A program made the translations under genes and the position numbers. From Campylobacterota bacterium (GTDB lineage Bacteria; Babelota; Babeliae; Babelales; Chromulinivoraceae): a stretch of DNA of 64,000 nt. Every line of letters starts with the position of its first letter. Within the stretch, counting starts at the first letter, position 1. The notes below the pieces were generated by a model. It worked only from the letters and a program-made list of their open reading frames with translations. It was not told where the DNA came from and did not search any database. Shown here piece by piece: positions 50,325 through 58,720 of the stretch. The stretch is from positions 2,550 to 66,549 of the forward strand of contig PBME01000008.1 of NCBI GenBank assembly GCA_002721975.1, in the 5' to 3' direction.

Positions 50325-51647
50325 ATGTTAGATCAGATGTTTATTATGTTTGAAACTTTAGAAGATATATTTTGGACGTATGGTGGTATACCAATGCTTT
50401 TAGGGTTGGGCATATATTTATCATTTAAATCTGGATGGTTTCAAATTCGTCAATTATCAACAGTCTTTTCTATATTTAAAAGTTTCATGACGCAAGAATC
50501 GTCAGACAAGCAACGTGGTGTTAATCCGATGTATGCCTTTTTTGCTTCAGTTGGAGGCTGTATAGGTGTCGGTAATGTTATTAGTGTTTGTACAGCCGTA
50601 CAAGTCGGTGGTCCTGGTGCAGTATTTTGGATATGGGTTGCTGCATTATTAGGAATGCTTGTTAAGTACGGTGAAATTTATTTAGGTGTTAAATTTCGTA
50701 TTAAGGACAAAGCTGACAGTTATTTCGGTGGTCCTATGATATTTTTGAAGAAAGTTCCAGGAGGAGCTATTCTTGCACCAATTGTGACTATATTAATGTG
50801 TTTGTATGGTGTTGAAGTGTACATGTTTAAGATTATGACGCATAGTATGTCTGTTGGTTGGGGTATTAATCAATATATTGTTATAGCTATGTTGCTGTTT
50901 TTAGTTCTTGGTATCGGACAAGGTGGTGTAAAGTTAGTTGGTAAAATGAGTAGTTTTGTTATTCCGCTATTTTTAGTTGGCTTTTCAGGAATGAGTTTGT
51001 GGGTGTTTGCAATGAATTTTGCAAAAATACCAGCAATGTTAAGTTCAATTTTTGTACATGCATTTACTGCTCATGCTGCAGTCGGTGCTTTTGCAGGTAG
51101 TACAATGATGATGGCAATGTCTCATGGTATTAGACGTGCTTGTTATACAGCTGATATTGGTGTTGGTTATGCTGCAACTATTCATGCAGAAACAAGTGAA
51201 GCTGTTCCACAAAAACAAGCGTCATTGGGCATCATGGATATTATTTTAGATACATTTGTTATTTGTACGTTGAGTATGTTTGTTATTTTACTTACTGATA
51301 CGTGGCATCAAGGAATCTCTGAAGACTTTGTTGTAGCAGTCGCATTTGCAAAATATTTTCCTTATGTTGATGTTATTTGGCCATTCTTTATCTTTTTACT
51401 TGGTTATTCTTCATTACTTGCGTTTTTTGTATCTGGGCGTCGTAGCGCTATGTTATTATCACCAAAGTATGGAGCGCAATTATATTTATTATTTGCAGCA
51501 GCTGCGTTTGTTTTCTTTTCATTTTATGGAACACCTGCGCAGACAATGGCGGTTATGTCTATTGTTGGAACATTATTATTGATGATTAACTTATACGGAC
51601 TGTTTTGGTTACGAGATGAAGTTGTTTTTGATTTAAAACAAAAGTAA
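50325..51647 (+). CDS. Alanine/glycine:cation symporter (AGCS) family transporter, copy 2
   Basis: 440 aa. Collinear with copy 1 along its whole length and the same size. GGPGAVFWIWVAALLGMLVKYGEIYLGVKFR. Confidence 0.8.
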   Translation: MLDQMFIMFETLEDIFWTYGGIPMLLGLGIYLSFKSGWFQIRQLSTVFSIFKSFMTQESSDKQRGVNPMYAFFASVGGCIGVGNVISVCTAVQVGGPGAVFWIWVAALLGMLVKYGEIYLGVKFRIKDKADSYFGGPMIFLKKVPGGAILAPIVTILMCLYGVEVYMFKIMTHSMSVGWGINQYIVIAMLLFLVLGIGQGGVKLVGKMSSFVIPLFLVGFSGMSLWVFAMNFAKIPAMLSSIFVHAFTAHAAVGAFAGSTMMMAMSHGIRRACYTADIGVGYAATIHAETSEAVPQKQASLGIMDIILDTFVICTLSMFVILLTDTWHQGISEDFVVAVAFAKYFPYVDVIWPFFIFLLGYSSLLAFFVSGRRSAMLLSPKYGAQLYLLFAAAAFVFFSFYGTPAQTMAVMSIVGTLLLMINLYGLFWLRDEVVFDLKQK

Positions 51648-51659
51648 CGATAAAAATTA

Positions 51660-51690
51660 AAAATCCCAGCGATTACAGCTGGGATTTTTT
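51660..51690. terminator. Bidirectional terminator
   Basis: AAAA-tcccagc-gattaca-gctggga-TTTTTTTT between convergent genes. Confidence 0.75.
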
Positions 51691-52392
51691 TTATAAGTCT
51701 TTTAATTTTTGTATTTCTTCTTTGAGGAGAGGTCGATATGTACCTAAAGGTAATCCTTGCTTGGTTAACCCTGCAAAACGTGTACGATCAAGTCGTTCAA
51801 CAAAATATCGCAATTGTTTAAAGAGCCTTTTAACAACATGCTTTTTACCACTGTGAATGGTAACAGAGATAGAGTTTTTACGTTGTGTTAATCTACGCAC
51901 TTTATCTACTTTCATAAAACCATCTTCAAGTTTGACACCTTTGAGCAATAGTTCCATATGCTCTTTGGTAACAGGTTTGTGTGTCGTAACATGATATGTT
52001 TTTGAAACACCAAATTTTGGGTGAGATAATTTTTGTGTAAGATCGCCATCATTCGTCACGAGCATGACTCCTGTTGTGTTTCTATCGAGTCTACCTACAG
52101 GAAATACACGGCTTTTAATTCGTTTGAAAAAATCCATAACGGTTCTACGGCCTTGTGGATCAGATGCAGTGGTAATAACATCTTGTGGTTTGTTAAACAA
52201 GAAATATAGTTTGTGTGTATCATGTTGTATGAGTTTGTTATTAACTTTAATAGCATCTTTTTCTTGAACTTCGTAATATGGTTCTAAGGTAATGGTGCCA
52301 TTAACCGTTACTTGGCCATCTTTGATAAGGTCTGCAGCTTTACGACGTGAACAGCATCCTGAGTCAGAGATGAATTTATTTAATTTAGTCAT
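51691..52392 (-). CDS. rRNA pseudouridine synthase, RsuA/RluB family
   Basis: ORF track gives 52479. The ATG at 52392 gives MTKLNKFISDSGCCSRRKAADLI (S4 domain). Catalytic GRLDRNTTGVMLVTNDG. Confidence 0.88.
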   Translation of the reverse strand: MTKLNKFISDSGCCSRRKAADLIKDGQVTVNGTITLEPYYEVQEKDAIKVNNKLIQHDTHKLYFLFNKPQDVITTASDPQGRRTVMDFFKRIKSRVFPVGRLDRNTTGVMLVTNDGDLTQKLSHPKFGVSKTYHVTTHKPVTKEHMELLLKGVKLEDGFMKVDKVRRLTQRKNSISVTIHSGKKHVVKRLFKQLRYFVERLDRTRFAGLTKQGLPLGTYRPLLKEEIQKLKDL

Positions 52393-52503
52393 TATTTTAT
52401 AGATCTGAAATATTAAGAGGTTATTTTTATTATATCTTGAGTATGTACGATTGATTATGATAAGTATAACATGTATCAATTATTAGGGCAAAGCGAGGAA
52501 GTT

Positions 52504-53055
52504 ATGTTTTTTGCACTGGTTTTAAGCTGGTTACAGTCTTGGTGGCATTGTGTTTGTATACCCATGCTTACAACATTATATTTTTACAAACTAAGTGTTA
52601 TCTGGCTATTTCTGATGTTTAGTATCAGTTATATCTTTTTTTATATAGCAAATAAACGTAGAATTGATTATATGATCAAACCAATGATACAGTCGTTATG
52701 TACAACAGTTATAGTTGCATTTGTTGTAGCAACTCTGTTTGTTTCTTTGTATGACTTAGCATTGTTATATGCAGCTAATTCTAAGTTTTTTCTACGTCAA
52801 CAAGCATACTTTTTGCGTTTAGGATTATTTGGAATTCCAAATGCATGTTGTTTTAAATCAACACAGGGACAATGTTGGAGTGTTATCAAGGTGGTAATGT
52901 CTGGATTGTGGTTATTTTTTGCAACGATATTGTCGCTTCACTATGTTGCAAAGATTTCATATCAATTACATTATCGTAAAGCATGGTGGTTATATTTTAT
53001 ACTATCGATGGCTATAGGTTTAAGTTGTTTTGTACTAGCTATATATAAATTTTAA
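52504..53055 (+). CDS. Polytopic membrane protein 1 of 3, unknown function
   Basis: ATG at 52504 follows GAGGAAG. About 5 hydrophobic segments. No family recognised. Confidence 0.5.
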   Translation: MFFALVLSWLQSWWHCVCIPMLTTLYFYKLSVIWLFLMFSISYIFFYIANKRRIDYMIKPMIQSLCTTVIVAFVVATLFVSLYDLALLYAANSKFFLRQQAYFLRLGLFGIPNACCFKSTQGQCWSVIKVVMSGLWLFFATILSLHYVAKISYQLHYRKAWWLYFILSMAIGLSCFVLAIYKF

Positions 53056-53065
53056 GGAGAGAAAT

Positions 53066-53518
53066 ATGTTATACGATATAATTCAAGAAACTATACAGCA
53101 ATTTTCATTGCGTACACTTTATTTAGAAATGTTATGGTTTATGACGTTTGGTTACCTTATGCACATATTTGTTGTTATGGGTTTAACCAAGCTTCCTTTT
53201 ATAGATCTAGTAAAAGGAATTTTTCGTTTACAGGTGACTGTTGTTTTGACAAGTTTTCTTGTTGCACCATGTTTAGCTGGTTTGAGTATTGTTATCTCTG
53301 AAATGTTATCAGCAAATTATACTATGTGGTTTGTCGGTCAACAGGTATATACATGGTTTGTAGTCAGTATGATGTTTGTTGCTTCAGATGTACTATGTAA
53401 TGTTTTTGTGACGATACCTTGTACAGTGTTTCGCAGATGGCTTGTTATTACTAATGCTGGAGTAGGAATATTAGGTTTTTTTGTGTTAAAAGCAATGAAT
53501 TTGTTATCTATGCTCTAA
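53066..53518 (+). CDS. Polytopic membrane protein 2 of 3, unknown function
   Basis: 150 aa. SD AAGGAGAG. 4 hydrophobic segments. Confidence 0.55.
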   Translation: MLYDIIQETIQQFSLRTLYLEMLWFMTFGYLMHIFVVMGLTKLPFIDLVKGIFRLQVTVVLTSFLVAPCLAGLSIVISEMLSANYTMWFVGQQVYTWFVVSMMFVASDVLCNVFVTIPCTVFRRWLVITNAGVGILGFFVLKAMNLLSML

Positions 53519-53528
53519 GGAGGTTTGC

Positions 53529-53999
53529 ATGATATCTATTATTGATATAGCAAAAGAAATAATACAGTCAGGGTTGCAATTTATTGCGATTACCGGTATT
53601 CAATTCATTATTTTTTTATTATTTGCCAAATATAAAACAGGTCAATCTTTTTCTCAACTTTGGAAATCGTATTTACAGTTATTTGTACGAGCCTTATTAT
53701 TTACGGTTACTTTGTTAGGGTTAATTATCATTTTGACTAAATACAGCACCATATGTAGTGTGGCAGTAGTGTTATTAGCCATATCATCATTTTCTATTAT
53801 GTTAAAATATGTTGATTTAGCAAAAGAAGAAAAAGGCGTTGTATTCGATTTGGGTATTTTATTATCGAACGCATATGTTATGTACTCACTAGCAACACAA
53901 GATCCAATATCAATTACTCACTATTTAGTGCTATATGCGATAGTTTTGTATGTGTTTTTGTATCAGCGTTTAAAGGTTGCTTATCAAGAGTGGAATTGA
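53529..53999 (+). CDS. Polytopic membrane protein 3 of 3, unknown function
   Basis: 156 aa. SD AAGGAGG. 4 hydrophobic segments. Confidence 0.55.
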   Translation: MISIIDIAKEIIQSGLQFIAITGIQFIIFLLFAKYKTGQSFSQLWKSYLQLFVRALLFTVTLLGLIIILTKYSTICSVAVVLLAISSFSIMLKYVDLAKEEKGVVFDLGILLSNAYVMYSLATQDPISITHYLVLYAIVLYVFLYQRLKVAYQEWN

Positions 54000-54175
54000 T
54001 TGTAAGTGAAGTAGCATATGATTGATCATGTTGTACATAATGTCTTTGATTATGATTACAAATATTTTTTGATATAAGCATGTAGTAACAATCCTTTTTG
54101 CATAGGATTTTAGTTTTTATTGTTATTGCGTGAGTCGTTTGCATCGATTTGTTACGAGATAAATTGCGATATATG

Positions 54176-54619
54176 TTAAAAAAGAAAGCTGTAATTATTA
54201 TTTGGAATAATAATTTTATGAGCAACAGTAATAAAGTCTTGTCTTGAAATTTCAAAAAAAGGAATCATAAATGCATCAAGCCAATTGGTATGTTGTCGTA
54301 AAAAATCAACATGTTGATGAAATTGAGAAGCATGATGAGGTTTACATTCAAAGAATTGTACATTTCGACGCCAGCGTTCAGGGTTTGTTGGTTGTTGATA
54401 GATAGTATGATCAGTTAGATAAGAAATGCCCGTAAATTGTTGGCAGATTGTATCAGGTTGATTAAATAAAATTGTTGGTGAATAATATAAAATCCAATCA
54501 CCTTTATTCATTTTTTCTAAAGGTTCTTTAGGTCCCATATTTAACTGAGTATATCCTTGATCACGAACAATATGGACATGTTCTTGTGCAGCATTGGTTA
54601 GCCAATACGATTGTTTCAT
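54176..54619 (-). CDS. EVE (PUA-like) domain protein
   Basis: 147 aa. YWL...H...G..Q...PL.KMNKGDWILYYSP...QQFTGI...RWRRNV.F...NW..AF...FEISRQDF matches the recalled stand-alone EVE-domain family pattern. Confidence 0.6.
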   Translation of the reverse strand: MKQSYWLTNAAQEHVHIVRDQGYTQLNMGPKEPLEKMNKGDWILYYSPTILFNQPDTICQQFTGISYLTDHTIYQQPTNPERWRRNVQFFECKPHHASQFHQHVDFLRQHTNWLDAFMIPFFEISRQDFITVAHKIIIPNNNYSFLF

Positions 54620-54725
54620 CGCTATCTCCTTTTTTCAAGATAGTAAATAAAATGTAGTAGCTCATGCAACGTTTTATTATAAATATAATGATTATTATGC
54701 ATGTAGTATTAGTATGGACTTTAGT

Positions 54726-54755
54726 AAAAAAGCCTCAATAGTATTGAGGCTTTTT
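54726..54755 (-). terminator. Terminator after the ABC-2 operon
   Basis: AAAAAA-gcctcaa-tagta-ttgaggc-TTTTT, immediately after the stop at 54757-54759. Confidence 0.75.
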
Positions 54756-54756
54756 A

Positions 54757-55551
54757 TTATAAACAATCGAGACGTTTTTTTAATTTTGCTATACCAAGAA
54801 GTCCAAAAATAGCAGAAAATATAAAAAGAGCACTTATACATAACCAGTAAGGTAATGATAAAGAAGGATCTAAAACAGCAGATCGACTAGCTTCTAGTGC
54901 ATATGTTAAAGGATTTAATAAATTAATATAAGCACAGGTTGGTGAAATATTATATAAATGTTGCCATGAAAATTGAAAGCAACCTAAAAACCACATAGGA
55001 ATGATTATTCTAAGCCATATATTTTCAATGCCGCTATAAATATCTCGTGTGATACTTGCCATGCAAATTGAAAAGTTGCCAAAAAAGAAGCAAGATACTG
55101 CAAGAGCAAAGTAAAACTTAATAAAAGAAAAATGTTGTAATGATATTTGAGTCCATATCAACATGGCACCTACCGGAAATACAAGTATCGAAATAATAAA
55201 TGATTGATACATATTTTCTAAAGCATATTTAAAAAAAATAAGCCATTGAGGAATTGGTAAAGTTAGTTCATATTTCAGCTTACTTCCTTCATCAACAATA
55301 TCTGCAACTAATCCAACAATGTTGTTGATGGTTGCAAAAAAGCTTGATGAAGCTGCTAAACTACCTAAAATAAATAATCCATAATCATGCAGTCCTGCTG
55401 CTGGCATAATGTGTCCAAAAACAATAACATTTAAACTGGTAAAAATTAAACTGTTAATAATTTTGTCTTTGAATTGAGGTTTATAAATATAAAAACTTTT
55501 GATGATAAGTTCTTTTAACGTATGTAAATACGATATTTTGCTAAATAGCAT
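54757..55551 (-). CDS. ABC-2 type transporter permease (copy B)
   Basis: 264 aa, 6 hydrophobic segments. Paralog of the upstream permease, with the shared C-terminus KKRLDCL. Confidence 0.75.
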   Translation of the reverse strand: MLFSKISYLHTLKELIIKSFYIYKPQFKDKIINSLIFTSLNVIVFGHIMPAAGLHDYGLFILGSLAASSSFFATINNIVGLVADIVDEGSKLKYELTLPIPQWLIFFKYALENMYQSFIISILVFPVGAMLIWTQISLQHFSFIKFYFALAVSCFFFGNFSICMASITRDIYSGIENIWLRIIIPMWFLGCFQFSWQHLYNISPTCAYINLLNPLTYALEASRSAVLDPSLSLPYWLCISALFIFSAIFGLLGIAKLKKRLDCL

Positions 55552-55638
55552 AAAAATCCTTAAAAATCTGTATAACTATGTTGATTACTAAGTATATCGG
55601 AGTATACAGCGTAACTTATATAATCAGATTACATGTAC

Positions 55639-56421
55639 TTATAAGCAATCTAATCTTTTTTTAAATAGTATAATGCCGATATACCCAAATATAGCTGTAA
55701 ACATTATTGTCATGATAATGCATGTTGTATACGGTATGAGATATGTATCAGTACCTACAGTACTTCTCATGCCTTCCATGATATAAACTACTGGATTTGC
55801 TAAATTGATATAAGCTAATGTAGGATTTGTTTTGTATAACATAGCCCAGCTAAATTGATAGCCTCCTACAAACCATAAAGGGAATACAATGCGTAGTTTA
55901 ATAGTGGTTAAGTAGCTTAAGTCTGGAGTGATACTTGCCAAAAACAAACCTAAAAATCCAAAGAAAATATGAGAAAGTAAATACATTAAAAACAATTTTC
56001 CGTATGCAATTTCACATAAAGATAAATGCTCACCTAGTATTAATTTACCAACAGGTAACATAGGTAGGGTTGATATAAATGATTTATATCCATCCATTAA
56101 AGCAATTCTTATAAAAATCCAACTTTGTGGAATAGGCAAAGAAAGATAATACATAATAGAATGCTTTCTCATCACATCTGATACAAGTGTTGCAACATTT
56201 GTTGCTGCTTCAAGCATACCCCATGCAGCAATGTTACCAACAAGCATAAATTTACCAAAACTAGGGTTTGTACCAAAGTGAGGCATAATGTATTGTGATA
56301 CATACAGTACAATTCCAGACCAAATACATGCATCAATAAATCTACCAAAGATATGTCGCTTAAACACTCTGGCATCACGTATCAATAACATGATAAATGT
56401 TTGCATACGATTATACATCAT
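55639..56421 (-). CDS. ABC-2 type transporter permease (copy A)
   Basis: ORF track gives 56466. The ATG at 56421 overlaps the ATPase stop by 11 nt. 6 hydrophobic segments. Ends KKRLDCL. Confidence 0.75.
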   Translation of the reverse strand: MMYNRMQTFIMLLIRDARVFKRHIFGRFIDACIWSGIVLYVSQYIMPHFGTNPSFGKFMLVGNIAAWGMLEAATNVATLVSDVMRKHSIMYYLSLPIPQSWIFIRIALMDGYKSFISTLPMLPVGKLILGEHLSLCEIAYGKLFLMYLLSHIFFGFLGLFLASITPDLSYLTTIKLRIVFPLWFVGGYQFSWAMLYKTNPTLAYINLANPVVYIMEGMRSTVGTDTYLIPYTTCIIMTIMFTAIFGYIGIILFKKRLDCL

Positions 56422-57178
56422 GGGGAGTTTCCTCTTTTTCTTCTTGTAATAATTTAATGAAAACATCTTCTAAATTAGATTTGCTATAGCTTGCTTTTAA
56501 ATTTTCTGGAGTATCAGTTAATTTAATAACGCCTTTATCAAGAATACATACTCGATCTGATAGAGCCTCAGCTTCTTCTAGATAGTGTGTTGTTAGTAAA
56601 ACAGTAATGCCTTCATGCTTAAGTTGCTTAATAGTATCCCATAAATTTCTTCTAATATGTGGATCAAGTGCAACCGTTGGTTCATCGAGAATAACTAATT
56701 TTGGATTATGCATTAAGGTACGTGCTAGAATAAATCTTTGTTTATAACCACCAGATAGAATTGATCCTTTTGCATCAGCATATTTGAGCAATTCAAACTT
56801 TTTCATAAGATCAAAGCAGCGTTGTTTAATAATGTTTTCAGATACATTAAAATATCTACCAGCAAAAAGTAAATTTTCTTTGATGGTTAGCATTTCATCT
56901 ATATTTGGTTTTTGTGGCGACATGCCAATTATTTTTCGAAAACTGATAACATCATCATAAATTGATTTGTTTTGAAATAAAATATCACCAGAAGTAGGTG
57001 GGTGTAATGTTGAAATAATAGATGACAGTGTAGTTTTACCAGCTCCGTTAACGCCAAGTAAGCTTAATACTTCGCCTTCATAAATATCTAAATTTACACC
57101 TTTAAGTGCGTGAATAGGAGGTGTACCTTGGTATGACTTTGTAATGTTGTTAATCTTGAGTAATACTTTTTTACTCAT
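56411..57178 (-). CDS. ABC transporter ATP-binding protein
   Basis: 255 aa. Walker A GVNGAGKTT, signature LSGGYKQR, Walker B LVILDEPT, H-loop TTHY. Confidence 0.93.
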   Translation of the reverse strand: MSKKVLLKINNITKSYQGTPPIHALKGVNLDIYEGEVLSLLGVNGAGKTTLSSIISTLHPPTSGDILFQNKSIYDDVISFRKIIGMSPQKPNIDEMLTIKENLLFAGRYFNVSENIIKQRCFDLMKKFELLKYADAKGSILSGGYKQRFILARTLMHNPKLVILDEPTVALDPHIRRNLWDTIKQLKHEGITVLLTTHYLEEAEALSDRVCILDKGVIKLTDTPENLKASYSKSNLEDVFIKLLQEEKEETPHDV

Positions 57179-57487
57179 ATAATTCCTTTCTGATTTCGCT
57201 CAACTGTATACTATTGTGTAATCTGAATACAATATTTGTGACATAAAGATGGATAAAATCTATAGTAGATATATCTCAAAAGATGTAATGTGTATATAAA
57301 ATAGTACTGCGTAATACTGCAGATACAAGTAAACGAAGTTTTAATTATATAAAAACTTTGAACAGGTGAATGCCTAATTCAGGCGACTAGTCGACAAATG
57401 TGTGTGATTACCATGACATGGTACTCCTTACTGTCGGGATTAAAATGATTTAACAAAAATAACAATCTTTATATGTTGTGTCAAATG

Positions 57488-57524
57488 AAAAAAGACTTTT
57501 GAATAGTATCAAAAGTCTTTTTTG
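57488..57524 (-). terminator. Terminator after ORF 57555-58070
   Basis: aaaaaagacttttga-atagta-tcaaaagtctttttt, a symmetric hairpin with flanking A and T runs. Confidence 0.75.
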
Positions 57525-57554
57525 TTACATCAGTATGAAAAAAGTATACAAAAA

Positions 57555-58070
57555 TTAGTCGATGACTGAAGGTACCTTTTCACCGTCAGAATCAGAACTT
57601 GAAATATCATATTGTAATTCTGAATTCCATGTTCTATCAGTTTGATAAGCACCTGTTAGTATTTTTTTTATTTTTCTAATAGGAACTGTATGAAACGGAA
57701 ATGATAGTAATGCTATCTCTGAAGCAGATAAAATTCTAGCTTCTTTTGTGATACCTTCTTGCGAAGTAATTGAGACAATACAAAAAACAGTATCTGTTTC
57801 TTGTTGGTTATTATCTTTACTTTGGAGTACCACAGACTGACTAGCGTCTAAACGTTTGAGACTCACTGTACCTTTGCCAGAAATCAAAATGTCATCAAGA
57901 TCTCGTTGTATTGCATTGAATGTATACAATTTACGTAACGTGGTATTATCATCAGAATCAGAGATCGTTGGTGATTGTGGCAGTGGACTTGGTAAATGTT
58001 TTTCAGAACAATTATTGTTATTTGCAGTTAACATACAGAACAATAATATTACTATTTTTTTTGTATACAT
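57555..58070 (-). CDS. Secreted hypothetical protein
   Basis: 171 aa. Leader IVILLFCMLTANN. No family recognised. Confidence 0.5.
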   Translation of the reverse strand: MYTKKIVILLFCMLTANNNNCSEKHLPSPLPQSPTISDSDDNTTLRKLYTFNAIQRDLDDILISGKGTVSLKRLDASQSVVLQSKDNNQQETDTVFCIVSITSQEGITKEARILSASEIALLSFPFHTVPIRKIKKILTGAYQTDRTWNSELQYDISSSDSDGEKVPSVID

Positions 58071-58085
58071 GGTTTTAATAGAGCT

Positions 58086-58622
58086 TTACCAAACTGTTCC
58101 GTCTTCAGCTTCACCTGTGAGTAATGCTATAGCTTCTTCTGATAGTCTTGGTGTGTCAGACAGTTCGCATTTTTCAAATACTCTAACAGGAAGCTCTTTA
58201 TTTGGTATAACACCTTTAATATAAAGAATACCTTGTGTTGCATCACAACCATATACGCCATCACCAAAGAAAGGTCCTAATTTATCTTGAGCCATTTTTT
58301 GTTGATGTTTTTCATTAACGCTATCGTATAGATCACATAATGTTTTTGCATCTTGATCCATAATGTTAACACATGTAGTCTCTCTAAATTTTTTGAGTCG
58401 CAAATTACCATTATGAGATTGAAGAGCAAAAAGTATAGCAGGCATAGCATTTAATGGTGCAAAGCAAGATATAGTTTCTTCAGAATCTTTTTTCGATATA
58501 ATTGGTTCAGAGCTTTTTTCCGCTTTAGCTATTGTTGTATTTGCTTTCGTATCTTCAGATGCTTCTATGCTTGTTTGAACAAAGCATGTTAATGCAAATA
58601 GTATCGCTGTTATTTTTTTCAT
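58086..58622 (-). CDS. Secreted hypothetical protein
   Basis: 178 aa. Leader ITAILFALTCFVQTSIEA. No family recognised. Confidence 0.5.
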   Translation of the reverse strand: MKKITAILFALTCFVQTSIEASEDTKANTTIAKAEKSSEPIISKKDSEETISCFAPLNAMPAILFALQSHNGNLRLKKFRETTCVNIMDQDAKTLCDLYDSVNEKHQQKMAQDKLGPFFGDGVYGCDATQGILYIKGVIPNKELPVRVFEKCELSDTPRLSEEAIALLTGEAEDGTVW

Positions 58623-58720
58623 TGATAGGTTCCCCTAGAAAAAGTAAATAATATATTTTTATCATGTTGCTAATTATAACAAAAAATGTGCTATTAGAAA
58701 ATGTTTATTGTCTCAGTTGT

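Noticed and set aside
53914-54255. 113-aa minus-strand ORF between the membrane triad and the EVE gene
   Set aside because: It overlaps the 3' end of ORF 53529-53999 and the 3' end of the EVE gene. It has low-complexity Lys/Ile-rich sequence and no SD. Likely spurious.
57361-57440. SRP RNA, fluoride or other known riboswitch assignment for the GC-richer patch
   Set aside because: It lacks the conserved SRP domain IV GGAA/AGCA motif and lacks the riboswitch consensus cores I know. It is kept only as a low-interest unexplained element.
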